Both the position numbers and the translations under genes were made by a program. The notes under the pieces were generated by a model. The model did not search any database. It was not told the origin of the DNA and saw nothing but the letters and a program-made list of their open reading frames with translations. Below are positions 1 through 10,209 of a stretch of 32,000 nt of DNA, piece after piece (the stretch's first letter is position 1; every line of letters starts with the position of its first letter). Origin of the DNA: Synechocystis sp. PCC 6803 substr. PCC-P (GTDB lineage: Bacteria > Cyanobacteriota > Cyanobacteriia > Cyanobacteriales > Microcystaceae). The stretch lies in NCBI RefSeq assembly GCF_000284455.1, contig NC_017039.1:720001-752000 (forward strand). Direction: 5' to 3'.

Positions 1-1349
1 CTAAAGTCAGGGGCGATATTAAGTCTCGTAACTGTGCCATCGGGATTTAAACGAATTAGATCAACGCTGGCTTTATCCGCCCGAATCGGGTCAAAGGAAC
101 CGGCGGCCAAAATTGCTTGGTTTAAGGTGGAATTAGGCTGTAGCTGGATAGCACCACCTCGTCGCACTTCCCCCACAACGTTAACAGTGATGGAGCGGGG
201 TGAAAAATTGGCAGTGGCAATGGCCTCAAATTCATCTGGTGACACTTCTTTAGCCTGGGGAACTGTAATGACGTCGCCGTTTTGGAGGATAACGTCTTTA
301 TCTAGGTTGCCTTCGTCTAAGAGTTCCCAAAGATTGACCACAATCAACTCAAAGTTCCCGTCCCGATTTTCTCGCCGCACTTCCACATTGCGAATATCTG
401 CTTGGGATTTAATACCACCGGCTTCTTGGATTGCTTGGGTCAGGCGCACCGGCTGGGTATTTTCTACGTTGGCACGACTGCTAGTTGCGGCTGTGCTGCT
501 GTTGTCACCACTCACTTCGGTGATACTAGAGGCTCTAATGGCAGGGGAAATTTTGTAAGAACCAGGGCGAAAAATTTCCCCAATCACCGCCACGTTAATT
601 TCTTGCTCAAAACGAATACCAAAATTTGCGTCGGCTAATTGTCGCACTTCCCTCGGATCTGTGGCAGTTTTGCTTGGGATAACCACAATATCACCATCTC
701 TTAGGGTGACGTTTTGACGGGAATTTCCTTTCTGTAGCAGTTCCCACAGGTTGATGCTGTAGTTTTCTTGTTGATTACCCTTTTGCCGCCGCAGCTGCAC
801 CCGACTGATGTCTGATACTGGGGTGAGACCGCCAGCCTGTTGAATTACTTGGGTGAGGGTAGGAAATTTCTGCCCGCCTTCGATCGCCAGGGCGTAGGCG
901 CCGGGGGAATTGACCTCACCGGAAAGGGTGATGCTTAGGGGGCGAGGGACAGTCAGAATGGCAGTGACCAAGGGACGGCGAATATATTTTGCGTACTGGC
1001 TAACTAAAATTTGGTTTAGTTCTGGGATGGTTAGGCCGGCAACTCTGACAGTGCCAATGAGGGGAAAACCCACTGTGCCGTCCACTAAAACTTGATATTC
1101 TCCCGATAACCCTTCCACCTGCAGCACATCGACCCGGAGGCGATCGCCGGGGCCGAGGGTGTATTCACTCTCTGGAGGCAGGATAGAGGGAGCGTTTTGG
1201 GGACTGGTCTGCGGTAATAGACTAGGGGAAGGACTACCAATTTGAGCAAATGCTTCCTGTGTCCACAGACCTAAACAGGCCATGGTGGTTACCAGCACTG
1301 CACCACCGAGTTTAGAAGGGAAGGATTGACTAGGATTCATAGCATTCAT
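1..1349 (-). CDS. Polysaccharide export periplasmic protein (Wza/GumB-like, poly-export and SLBB domains), truncated at the left window edge
   Basis: Minus strand is open from ATG at 1349 to the window edge (partial, so absent from the ORF track). The translation starts MNAMNPSQSFPSKLGGAVLVTTMACLGLWTQEAFAQ (signal peptide) and contains YTLGPGDRLRVDVLQVEGYSGEYQVLVDGTVGFPLIGTVRVAGLT, PLSITLSGEVNSPGAYAL and INVAVIGEIFRPGSYKI, typical of export/SLBB domains. Confidence 0.88.
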   Translation of the reverse strand, partial: MNAMNPSQSFPSKLGGAVLVTTMACLGLWTQEAFAQIGSPSPSLLPQTSPQNAPSILPPESEYTLGPGDRLRVDVLQVEGLSGEYQVLVDGTVGFPLIGTVRVAGLTIPELNQILVSQYAKYIRRPLVTAILTVPRPLSITLSGEVNSPGAYALAIEGGQKFPTLTQVIQQAGGLTPVSDISRVQLRRQKGNQQENYSINLWELLQKGNSRQNVTLRDGDIVVIPSKTATDPREVRQLADANFGIRFEQEINVAVIGEIFRPGSYKISPAIRASSITEVSGDNSSTAATSSRANVENTQPVRLTQAIQEAGGIKSQADIRNVEVRRENRDGNFELIVVNLWELLDEGNLDKDVILQNGDVITVPQAKEVSPDEFEAIATANFSPRSITVNVVGEVRRGGAIQLQPNSTLNQAILAAGSFDPIRADKASVDLIRLNPDGTVTRLNIAPDF

Positions 1350-1530
1350 CAAATGGAGAAAAGCCAAAAGTTAAAGATCTGACTGGACTAAAAGAAAGGA
1401 TTATGTTCCTTTTGGTTTCCAAGTTCAAGGCCACCAGATTATCCCCATAGCCTGGGCACATTGTAGACGGATATCATATGTTCAGGTAGGCACTGTAAAA
1501 ATTTTGTTCAGCTTTTGGTTAACTTTTCCC

Positions 1531-1794
1531 ATGGCCCGCAAGCAAAAATTTCCCCATCTCCTCGGTTCCAAATGGACAGCCCAACAAAAAACCTGGGGTT
1601 GGCGACACTTCCAAGTGGTCAATCGACGGCAGGAGGGTCAGTGGGTTTTTGCGGAAATGGTGGCCAGTTGCGATCCGAAAGTGCGGTTTTGGCTCAATGC
1701 CCAACAACTTAAAGATGATCTGCTCTGGCGCTCGGGCTGGCAACCCCTCCAGGCCATGGAAAGGGATGAGGAAGATCAGATAGCGCTAAAATAA
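1531..1794 (+). CDS. Conserved small Trp-rich hypothetical protein (TIGR02450-like)
   Basis: ORF 1504..1794; the internal Met at 1531 (MARKQKFPHLLGSKWTAQQKTWGWRHFQV) looks like the better start. GSKWTA...WRHFQV...VFAEMVASCD pattern. Confidence 0.7.
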   Translation: MARKQKFPHLLGSKWTAQQKTWGWRHFQVVNRRQEGQWVFAEMVASCDPKVRFWLNAQQLKDDLLWRSGWQPLQAMERDEEDQIALK

Positions 1795-1825
1795 CCTCCG
1801 AGTCATTAATCCTCCCCCCATAACC

Positions 1826-2581
1826 ATGTCCCTCCCCGTTCCCTCCACCATTGATGAGGCCATCTCCGAGGCGATCGCCGCCACCCAAAGGGCCTTAGAT
1901 GATGGCTACCGTCGTATCCAGGTGGAATTGGCGGTGCCAGAAATTGCCCTCCAAGCCCAAGCTATTGCCTTAGAATTTAGCCAATTATTTGCTGATCAAG
2001 GATTGGGACTACGGATAATTTTTCCCGATACTGGAGCGGCGGCCCTGGCAAAAAGAGACTGGGGCGAAGTTCCTTTTCAAATTGGAGATTTAGGTAGTCG
2101 CTACACCCCCATTGGCCGCAAAATTGCTGAATCTGACCAAGTATTTTTGGTGGTCTCCCCTTCTGCGGTGGAAGTGCAAAGTGTGGAAAAACTCTGTGAA
2201 TTGGCCGGCGATCGCCCGGTGGTTTTGCTCATTCCCCAACTAGAAGATGTGTCCATTGTGGGCATTGGCTATGCGGCCCGGCAACTGCGACAACGGTTTT
2301 TGAGCACCCTGTTTAGCGCTTACTATTTCCGTCCCCTAGATGGGGCAGTAGTGTTACGCTCCCACCCTTCCAGGTGGCAAGTATTGCTAGAAAAGGGGGA
2401 AGAATACGAACTTTTAACGGAATTGCCTGAAAAGCCAGCGGGGGAAGCCCTGGAAAGACTATTGATAGAAGGCACTAATGCCAATCCCCAGGCGGCCAGC
2501 TCGGAAGGTGCCAGCTCTAGTCCTAAACGAGGAGGCATCATGGCCAATTTAAACCGTTTTCTCAAAGCTCTCAGCCAATAG
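1826..2581 (+). CDS. Conserved hypothetical protein (DUF1995-like)
   Basis: 251 aa ORF starting MSLPVPSTIDEAISEAIAATQRALDDGYRRIQVELAVPE, resembling cyanobacterial/plastid DUF1995 proteins. Confidence 0.85.
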   Translation: MSLPVPSTIDEAISEAIAATQRALDDGYRRIQVELAVPEIALQAQAIALEFSQLFADQGLGLRIIFPDTGAAALAKRDWGEVPFQIGDLGSRYTPIGRKIAESDQVFLVVSPSAVEVQSVEKLCELAGDRPVVLLIPQLEDVSIVGIGYAARQLRQRFLSTLFSAYYFRPLDGAVVLRSHPSRWQVLLEKGEEYELLTELPEKPAGEALERLLIEGTNANPQAASSEGASSSPKRGGIMANLNRFLKALSQ

Positions 2582-2671
2582 TTCGGCTAGAAGTTCACCC
2601 CAACGATTTAAACTATATGGGGTTGACCATTAATGATTAAAAAAATCCAAAATTTTAAGTAGAGTTGGTTC

Positions 2672-3964
2672 GTGTTAGACCTCAAGCAAATTCGTGAAAA
2701 TCCCACCGCTATTCAAAATCGCCTCAATCAAAGAGGGGGCGGGGCAAGTTATGATCTCGAACCCATTTTGGCGATCGCCGCTGAGCAAAAAGCCAAGGAA
2801 AGCGAACGAACTGTACTGCAAAGTCGTAGCAATGAAATCGGCAAATTAATTGGCCAAAAAATTGGTCAGGGAGCCGATCCTAAAGGGGAAGAAATTCAAA
2901 CTTTACGGGAAGAAGGTAATAGTTTAAAAATCCAGTTAGCAGATTTAGAACCCCAGGAAAAAGATCTTAAAGAGCAGTTGCAAAAGCTGTTACTAGAACT
3001 GCCCAATTTGCCTTGTGAAACCACTCCCATAGGAGCGAGTGAAGCTGATAACATCGAAGTAAAACGTTGGGGAGATCAATACTTAAAAGCAGAAACAGTA
3101 GGAATTTTACCCCATTGGGAAATCGGTGAAAAATTAGGCATTATTGACAGTGAGCGGGGAGTTAAAGTAGCCCAGAGTCGTTTTATTTCCCTCATGAAAG
3201 CTGGAGCTGCCTTGGAAAGGGCTCTGATTAACTTTATGCTGGAACGTCACATTGGCGTGGGCTACCAGGAGATTATGCCTCCCATTTTAGTTAACAGCGA
3301 TTCCCTGCTGGGCACAGGGCAATTACCCAAATTTGCTGAGGAAAGTTTTCAATGTCGGGGGGATGACCTCTGGCTTATTCCCACCGCCGAAGTGCCAGTG
3401 ACTAACCTTTATCGAGACGAAGTTTTAGACTTAGAACAACTCCCCATTAAACATTGTGCTTACACTCCCTGTTTTCGGCGGGAAGCTGGTAGTTACGGCC
3501 GGGATACCAAAGGGTTGATTCGTTTACATCAGTTCAATAAAGTCGAATTAGTTAAATTAGTTAAACCAGAGGAATCCGCCGCTGAACACCAAGCCCTAGT
3601 TGCGGATGCAGAAGCTATTCTCCAAGCCCTAGAATTACCCTATCGAGTGGTGGAATTATGTACCGGTGATTTAGGTTTTGGAGCGGCTAAATGCTACGAC
3701 TTGGAAGTTTGGTTACCATCGGCTAACACCTACCGGGAAATTTCCAGTTGTTCTAACTTCCACGATTTCCAAGCCCGTCGGGCCAACATTCGCTACAAGG
3801 AAAAGGGCAAAAAAGGCACCCAATTTGTTCACACTCTCAACGGTTCCGGTTTGGCGATCGGGCGCACCATGGCGGCAATTTTAGAAAATTATTACGAACC
3901 CAGCAGCGGTCAGGTTAAAGTTCCCGTCGTCCTGCAGGATTTCCTCAAACGGGATTATCTTTAA
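2672..3964 (+). CDS. serS: Seryl-tRNA synthetase
   Basis: 430 aa; [12 protein letters not shown]-terminus, [46 protein letters not shown] and [18 protein letters not shown] class II synthetase motifs. Confidence 0.98.
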
Positions 3965-4000
3965 ACCCATCACTGCATCAAATCGTTACTTTGCCCAAAC

Positions 4001-4033
4001 AAAAACGGTGGTTTATCAACGGATAACCCACCG
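4001..4033 (-). terminator. Candidate rho-independent terminator downstream of the phycocyanin operon
   Basis: Inverted repeat GGTGGTTTATC (4007-4017) / GATAACCCACC (4022-4032) with one mismatch. On the minus strand it is followed by GTTTTTGTTTG. Confidence 0.6.
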
Positions 4034-4195
4034 CCAACAAACTTTCACTAATAATGAACTAAATGGACTGACTCGATGGCTATTCTAGTTTGGAGTTCAA
4101 TCAAAAAAAGAGATTAGTCATTGTTATGGTTAGTTAATGCTTTTGAGTAAGTAAGGTATTTTACACTCAGCTCAAATAGTAATTAACAAAATAGC

Positions 4196-4447
4196 CTAGT
4201 TTTGTTCGTTGCTGTCAGCTTGATAGGGACGAATGTTAACAATAGTTCCCCCCAGACGGGAAATGCGGCGCATCTCATCATTCATACGGGCATAGGGAAC
4301 TTTGATAAACACACTACCGCTGCGACGAATATCGTGGGCACTGTTTTCATTGGCATCGGTCTGGCGGAGTCCACTGACTTCATAGACAAAGACACGGTTA
4401 GCCGCCTGGGTATTGGAATAGCCCACCAAAGAAGATTGACCTAACAT
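4196..4447 (-). CDS. cpcD: Phycobilisome small rod-capping linker polypeptide
   Basis: 83 aa; MLGQSSLVGYSNTQAANRVFVYEVSGLRQ, ...FIKVPYARMNDEMRRISRLGGTIVNIRP; last gene of the cpc operon. Confidence 0.96.
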   Translation of the reverse strand: MLGQSSLVGYSNTQAANRVFVYEVSGLRQTDANENSAHDIRRSGSVFIKVPYARMNDEMRRISRLGGTIVNIRPYQADSNEQN

Positions 4448-4593
4448 GGCGATTCTAAAAACTCCTGAACACTAAAGTTTTAATTTGCTAATTAGCAAAA
4501 TCATCTACAAAGACAAAAAGAGAAGCGACCCCAAGTTATTCCCCAAAGGGAAAATAAAGTCAAGCCACTTCTCCTCCTGAACTAAACAGAAAT

Positions 4594-5469
4594 CTAGCTC
4601 AAGCTAGCCGGGGTAATACTAGCAACCTTACCCCCCAAACGATTGATTTGTTGTAAGGTCTGGTTGAGTTGTTCAAAGGGAACAATTACCGCCTTATTGC
4701 TCCGACGCACTTTGGGATAACCGGGCGCAGAAATGGCTGTAATTTCCACCCGGAACAGCTTACTTGCTTGACCAAAGGGAACCGTACCACCCAACGCTTT
4801 TGCTGGGGTATTGCCGGCCCGAGAAGGACGATAGGCCCAACCAGCATTACTGCCACTGGGGCCCACGATCGCCGAAACAGTATTTTGTCCCAACTCCGTT
4901 GCCAGACGACTAGAACTGCGCTCTAACTGGGAACGGTCACTGTTAGCATAACCACGGTAAAGACGGAACATGCGGGTAAATCCCACAGTGCGATCGCCTA
5001 CCTGATTATTAAAACGATAATAGGGAACAATATTTTCCCCAAAGTTCTCTTGGTATTCGACCGAATCAATGTAAGAATCGATATCCGCATCAAAACCCTG
5101 ATTTTCATAGAGATCGAGATGGAAAATCACCTCATCTTCACTGAAAGGAGCACGACCCAACAGATGTTTGTAGTTGAGTTCAATGACCCGGGTTTGGAAG
5201 TTGTTATAAAGGAATTTCTTCTTATAAAGTTCCGACTTGGCCACGGTACGGACAAATTCCCGCACACTAATAGAACCATTGGTCAAAAGAGACTCGGCAC
5301 CCTTGAGGCGCTCAGAATCCATAATGTAATCGTTGCCTAAAACCTGACGATATACAGCCCGAATCACCATTTTGGCATCATCAAGGCTAAAGTCAGGGCG
5401 TAACTCCACAGGACGGGACTCATTATAGGGAGCCACCCCCAATCTGGAGGCTGCGGTTGTAATTGCCAC
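4594..5469 (-). CDS. cpcC1: Phycobilisome rod linker polypeptide, phycocyanin-associated
   Basis: 291 aa; PBS linker core [47 protein letters not shown] and a C-terminal CpcD-like domain. Proximal to cpcD. Confidence 0.95.
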   Translation of the reverse strand: MAITTAASRLGVAPYNESRPVELRPDFSLDDAKMVIRAVYRQVLGNDYIMDSERLKGAESLLTNGSISVREFVRTVAKSELYKKKFLYNNFQTRVIELNYKHLLGRAPFSEDEVIFHLDLYENQGFDADIDSYIDSVEYQENFGENIVPYYRFNNQVGDRTVGFTRMFRLYRGYANSDRSQLERSSSRLATELGQNTVSAIVGPSGSNAGWAYRPSRAGNTPAKALGGTVPFGQASKLFRVEITAISAPGYPKVRRSNKAVIVPFEQLNQTLQQINRLGGKVASITPASLS

Positions 5470-5514
5470 TAAATAATCTCCTTTTACTAACTAGGTTGAC
5501 AAAAAATCCTGATT

Positions 5515-6336
5515 CTAGGCAAGGGAAATCATTGTGACCGTATCTCCTTGGCGATTGATTTGTTGCAACTTGGCAGACAAATTATCGTAGGAAACTAGAT
5601 ACTCCGCTTTACCACGGCGCACTCGGGTGCCACGACCGGGGGCCGCCCCTTGAATCACTTGCAAACGATACATTTGGTTACGACTACCCGCCGAAGTTCC
5701 CCGCAAACTCTCGGCCGTAGAACCGGCATACACCGGAGAAGCTGTATTGCGAGCCAACTCCCGCGTCAATCGAGAACGGGAACCATTTCCCTGGGAACGA
5801 TCACTGGTAGCGTAGCCCCGATACACCTGGAAAGAACGGCTGAAACCAACGGTTTTTTGATTCCGCTGGGTAGCAAAGCCGCGGAAATAAGGTACAACCC
5901 AATCTCCAAAGTTTTCCGTGTATTCTACGGAGTCAATATAGGAATTGATCTCCGCTTCATAGCCCCCCTGGTGATAAAGATCGGTGTGGAAAGCAATTTC
6001 CGACTGATCGTAGGGAGCCCGTCCCAGTAAATGCTTATAATTAAGCTCGATAAAACGATTTTGTGGGTTGGAATGGAAAAACTTCTGCCGGTACACTTCC
6101 GACAGAGCCACAGCCCGAACAAAATCCCTTACCGAAATCTCCCTGCCCCGGAGCAAAGATTCTGCACTGGTCAGTCGTTCCTGGGACATGAGATGATCGT
6201 TGCCCAAAACTTGACGGTAAACCGCCAGGATAACGGCATCCACCTCTTCCTCTGTACTCCGGGAACGAAGCTCGAGGGGAATAGCCTCATCCACGGCCAC
6301 AATGCCCAGACGCTGGGCCGAAACTAAACTAGTCAT
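5515..6336 (-). CDS. cpcC2: Phycobilisome rod linker polypeptide, phycocyanin-associated
   Basis: 273 aa paralog of the adjacent linker ([47 protein letters not shown]). Operon order cpcB-A-C2-C1-D. Confidence 0.95.
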   Translation of the reverse strand: MTSLVSAQRLGIVAVDEAIPLELRSRSTEEEVDAVILAVYRQVLGNDHLMSQERLTSAESLLRGREISVRDFVRAVALSEVYRQKFFHSNPQNRFIELNYKHLLGRAPYDQSEIAFHTDLYHQGGYEAEINSYIDSVEYTENFGDWVVPYFRGFATQRNQKTVGFSRSFQVYRGYATSDRSQGNGSRSRLTRELARNTASPVYAGSTAESLRGTSAGSRNQMYRLQVIQGAAPGRGTRVRRGKAEYLVSYDNLSAKLQQINRQGDTVTMISLA

Positions 6337-6450
6337 TTTGTTCTCCTAGATAAGTGTCAATAAATACGACAAGACCTGGAAAAGCGGAATATTGTCAACC
6401 AGTTGTTAACACTTTCCCACCCTTCCAGGCCAGCTAGAATTAAAAACTGA

Positions 6451-6939
6451 CTAGCTCAGAGCATTGATGGCGTAATCGAGGTAGGAATTAGCTTCGTCAC
6501 GGGCATCGCCACTCAAGCCGTGGTTAGCTTTGATGTATTTCAGAGCTTCAACATACCAGCTGGGGGAGAGGTCAAAGGTGCGGTTGATTTCATCAATACC
6601 GGCGATCAAGTACTCATCCAAAGGACCGGTACCACCAGCAACTAAGCAGTAGGTAACGATGCGGAGGTAGTAGCCGATGTCCCGGGCACACTTGTCTTTA
6701 CCCCGTTGATCCGCAGCAAAGTTGTTGCCTTGGGTTTGGGTGGTGTAGGGGAATTTGTTATAAACGGCTTGGGCAGCACCATTTACCAAGCTCTGGGCAT
6801 TGTCGGTCAGAGCTTTAGCGGCTTGCAAACCAGCATTAGCTTGACGTAGACGACCGAAAGCAATTTGCAATTCGGTGCTGCTCAGAAAGCGACCTTGAGA
6901 GTCAGCGGTGGAAACGGCTTCAGTTAAAGGGGTTTTCAT
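6451..6939 (-). CDS. cpcA: C-phycocyanin alpha subunit
   Basis: 162 aa; [25 protein letters not shown], chromophore-binding region [32 protein letters not shown]. Confidence 0.99.
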   Translation of the reverse strand: MKTPLTEAVSTADSQGRFLSSTELQIAFGRLRQANAGLQAAKALTDNAQSLVNGAAQAVYNKFPYTTQTQGNNFAADQRGKDKCARDIGYYLRIVTYCLVAGGTGPLDEYLIAGIDEINRTFDLSPSWYVEALKYIKANHGLSGDARDEANSYLDYAINALS

Positions 6940-7049
6940 TGTTCTGGTATCTCCCGTTAGAATGTGAAAATTTTCCTAGATATGTCAGCTTTAAGCTGGA
7001 TTTTCTCGGGTATGGAACCTGAGTAAAGTTGGTTTTTAAAATAACCAGA

Positions 7050-7568
7050 CTAGGCTACGGCAGCAGCGGCGCGGTCGAAGTAACCAGCGATTTCAGCAAC
7101 GATAGCACTGCAATCACCACGGGTGATGCCATTGGGATCGTTAACGATGTCCAGGGCAGCTTCTTTCATTTTTTGAACGCCAGCAGCTACGGAAGCACCG
7201 GGAACACCCAGGGCAACGTAGGTTTCACGGAGACCGTTCAAGCAACGATCTTCTAGAACGGAAGCGTCGCCGGTGAAGGTTGCGTAGGTAACATAGCGGA
7301 GGATGATTTCCATGTCACGCAAACAAGCAGCCATACGACGGCTGGTGTAGGCGTTTCCACCGGGTTGGATTAATTGGGGCTGTTCGGCGAACAAAGCACG
7401 AGCAGCGTTGGAAACGATAGCGGAAGCATTACCGGTGATGCGGTTAACAGAATCAATCCGTTTGTTGCCTTCAGCAACGGTAGCGCTCAAAGCATCTAAC
7501 TGAGAACCAGAGAGGTACTCGCCGCGAGCATCAGCTTGGGAAACAACCCGAGTGAATACGTCGAACAT
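7050..7568 (-). CDS. cpcB: C-phycocyanin beta subunit
   Basis: 172 aa; [51 protein letters not shown]-terminal [22 protein letters not shown]. Confidence 0.99.
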   Translation of the reverse strand: MFDVFTRVVSQADARGEYLSGSQLDALSATVAEGNKRIDSVNRITGNASAIVSNAARALFAEQPQLIQPGGNAYTSRRMAACLRDMEIILRYVTYATFTGDASVLEDRCLNGLRETYVALGVPGASVAAGVQKMKEAALDIVNDPNGITRGDCSAIVAEIAGYFDRAAAAVA

Positions 7569-8128
7569 TGAATTAATCTCCTACTTGACTTTATGAGTTG
7601 GGATTTTCTTAAACACAATTCCCCCGGATAAACTGAGGGAGTCCAAAGTAATGACCCTAGAGTTATTGTTACTGATCTCCATTAACTTTCGTTAACTACC
7701 CGGGGATTTATGAGAGATATTACCTAAATAAATCCAGGGAGAAACACGGAGGCAGCGACAAGGGCCACCGGGATGCTCAAACAGCTCAGCGCCTAGGCTT
7801 GAATGCTTTTGCAATCCCACAGTTAACTTTATACAACGGTGATGGGACTTATGTCTGTTACATCTTGTTAATTTTATTCCTGCTTTTTTGTTAAGTAATG
7901 TTGCAGGGGATTCTCAGATTGTCCTGGATTGGGAAGGGAAGACAACCAGTTTCGTTCAGCTTATGTTTTAGGGCTAAAATTATGCAATTGATGTTCGGTG
8001 CGAACTTTTCTCGTTTTTTTAGTTTCCAGTGGGGTAGGGAAGACTGTTGCCTAGGGAACCACAGCCTACTTTCCTTTTTGAGCTTTTTATCCCACCATTT
8101 TGATATTCAGGGACTCTTCTCTACAGGT
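7569..8128 (-). promoter_or_regulatory. cpc operon promoter and long 5' leader
   Basis: AT-rich non-coding interval directly upstream of cpcB. It corresponds to the roughly 560-bp strong phycocyanin promoter fragment known from Synechocystis. Boundaries come from knowledge of that fragment, not from a motif. Confidence 0.7.
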
Positions 8129-8761
8129 GGGTATAGATTTGTTAAGTTTATTTTATAACGAAGTCGGGATCGTCTTTGATTTGCCTTGCTAATGGGCTAA
8201 ATAACTTCATCAGGAGCCATAAACCTTCTCTTCATGGGATTTAGCCCAAGCAACGTCCCTGTGGTTTGTCTGTGATCTAAATCACCTGGTTAATGTGATA
8301 GTTTCTCTGGTGGAAAGACTGGCCATGGCAAAGACTGGATGTAGTTAGTGACATTCAAGTCTTTTTTTAGTCATGTTTGATTGTACTGTTGATTGTTTTA
8401 GTCTACCCGATGATCTGGCCCTCAAGCGGAAAATTACCGACCTGGAAAAATTATTAAATTGTGCATCCAATAAGCCGGTGGTTGACCACGAAACTAGGGC
8501 TGAAATTGTTCACTCCGTGGCCAGCCGCATGGGAAGAGTGGCCTATGTCCGTCGCCTATCGATGGGACGGGTCAGGCAAAAGCGTGGTTGAGGCGTTTAC
8601 TTGGACGGAGAACTCCCTTTTTTTCCACTTGACTGGTCAATATTTGGCTAAACACTTCCATGTTAGCGGGGACTGACATTCCTTTTCCCTTTCCCTAACC
8701 TGGATGTAGTGGGGCAAGATTTTCCCACAACCAATATCCGCAATCAGGTGAGGAAATTAGG

Positions 8762-9586
8762 ATGTTTAATAGTTTTTCGTTCCCTAAGCTGCATTGGCAA
8801 GCCCGCCGCTCCACAGCTTTATTGACTACCGTTCTCTTGATGGGAGGGTTGGTTGGTAGTTTTACTAATCCGGTGGAAGCTCGTCCCCGTCCCAACCGTG
8901 GCAATGCCGCCCAAAATTCTAACCGATGGAATAACAATAATGCCTATCCCGGCGCTCCTCGGTCTAGCTATAACATAGGTCAACTCTACAATGTGGAAGT
9001 GCCGGCCCAAACGATGATTCCTGTGGCGGTTGACCAAGGACAAATCACATTGAGAAGGGGAGAAACCAGGGCGGCCAGTCTCCGCACCACTACGGCCCTC
9101 CGTCAATCCGATGGTGTTACGATTATTCCTGCTGGCAGTGAAATTATTGGTCAGTTTCGCCCGATCGCCAATGGTAATGCGATGCAATTTGTGGCCCAAC
9201 AATTGGTGCTCAATAATGGCGAATATTTACCGATTAATGCCCGTTCCCGTGAGCTTGTCGGTTTTCAAACGGTCAATAAGGGGGCGAGTGCTTCCGATGT
9301 GATTATGGGGACTTTGGCTGGGGCCGGCACGGCAACAATCATTTCCGGTACCACCGGCGATCGCCGTATTACACCTCTGGAAGTGCTTGGGGGAGCCGCG
9401 GCGGGGGCCTTGGCCGGTTGGGGTCTGCCCACCGCAGGGATTGTTGGCGGTGGCTCGGAAGAATTGTTAACCGTTTCCAGCCGAGATTTGACCCTAATGT
9501 TGCAATCTCCCCTCCGCATCGGTAATGGCCAAGGACAAACGGTGCCCACTAATAACAATAGTAACTGGCGTAATGCTAGTTGGTAG
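8762..9586 (+). CDS. Conserved hypothetical exported protein
   Basis: 274 aa; signal peptide-like TALLTTVLLMGGLVGSFTNPVEA, then an Asn-rich spacer, TRAASLRTTTALRQSDGVTIIPAGSEIIGQF and a Gly/Ala-rich hydrophobic segment GTLAGAGTATIISG. Confidence 0.85.
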   Translation: MFNSFSFPKLHWQARRSTALLTTVLLMGGLVGSFTNPVEARPRPNRGNAAQNSNRWNNNNAYPGAPRSSYNIGQLYNVEVPAQTMIPVAVDQGQITLRRGETRAASLRTTTALRQSDGVTIIPAGSEIIGQFRPIANGNAMQFVAQQLVLNNGEYLPINARSRELVGFQTVNKGASASDVIMGTLAGAGTATIISGTTGDRRITPLEVLGGAAAGALAGWGLPTAGIVGGGSEELLTVSSRDLTLMLQSPLRIGNGQGQTVPTNNNSNWRNASW

Positions 9587-9625
9587 ATAGTGGATAGCGC
9601 CAAACCAGATAACCTCGTATGGATT

Positions 9626-9655
9626 GTCACTTTTGAAATATAAAGTGACTTTTTT
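9626..9655 (+). terminator. Rho-independent terminator candidate downstream of the 8762..9586 gene
   Basis: Perfect 8-bp stem GTCACTTT (9626-9633) / AAAGTGAC (9642-9649) followed immediately by TTTTTT (9650-9655). Confidence 0.75.
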
Positions 9656-9772
9656 GTCAATGAAATTTAAAATTTCTTAAAATTAATTGGGTAAACAGTA
9701 ACATTTGTGACGGTCTACTCCGGTTAAATCCCCTAACGTAGCTTCTAATTCATTCACTAGGAATAAATACTC

Positions 9773-9973
9773 ATGAGTGTTTTCCCCGCAGAAACCTGTC
9801 CCGTGTGTGGCGTCACCATTGAAAATGGCTCCAAGGTGGTTTTTTCCTCTGGGCCGGCGGGAACGAGGGCCCGGCTCTGGGCCAGGGTCTGCAATTTTGC
9901 CCGTAACACCAGTTGCATCAATCAAGATGAAGCGGCGATCGGTAATGTTTCCAGCCGGGATTATTACGACTAG
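9773..9973 (+). CDS. Small conserved hypothetical protein with a CxxC...C...C (zinc-ribbon-like) pattern
   Basis: 66 aa MSVFPAETCPVCGVTIENGSKVVFSSGPAGTRARLWARVCNFARNTSCINQDE. Four cysteines arranged as CPVC plus C-x7-C. Confidence 0.75.
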   Translation: MSVFPAETCPVCGVTIENGSKVVFSSGPAGTRARLWARVCNFARNTSCINQDEAAIGNVSSRDYYD

Positions 9974-10209
9974 TATTTTTATGTCTAGACTGTTTTTGCT
10001 CGACTAAATTAAGTCAAATTTTGCCCAGTTTTCCCATGTTTATGTCTGGCTTTGGCCAAAGGGGAGCTGGGCTCTCGCTTGAATATTAATCTTGCTTATT
10101 GTTGGGGCTGTGGTAAATCCGACTAGGCATGGGCTTCAGTTATCCACTAGGGCAGAAGGATTTAATGGAAGCGGTGTGAGTGTGGGCAATTTAAATTTTG
10201 GCGATCGCC

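Noticed and set aside
34-558. Plus-strand 174-aa ORF
   Set aside because: Antisense to the export-protein CDS, whose minus-strand translation has clear SLBB/poly-export motifs. The plus product is Ser/Arg-rich low-complexity.
402-1095. Plus-strand ORFs 402..638 and 910..1095
   Set aside because: Also antisense to the truncated export gene, with no domain-like features.
4202-6327. Plus-strand ORFs 4202, 4669, 5050, 5650 and 6031 within the cpc operon
   Set aside because: Shadow ORFs opposite strongly supported phycobilisome linker genes.
7029-7256. Plus-strand 75-aa ORF over cpcB
   Set aside because: Antisense to cpcB with composition explained by cpcB codon structure.
7898-8158. Plus-strand 86-aa ORF in the cpc upstream region
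   Set aside because: Overlaps the known promoter/leader region; Phe/Leu/Ser-rich translation looks like AT-rich noise.
8819-9660. Minus-strand ORFs 8819..9202 and 9265..9660
   Set aside because: Antisense to the better supported 8762..9586 gene, which has a signal peptide and a downstream terminator.
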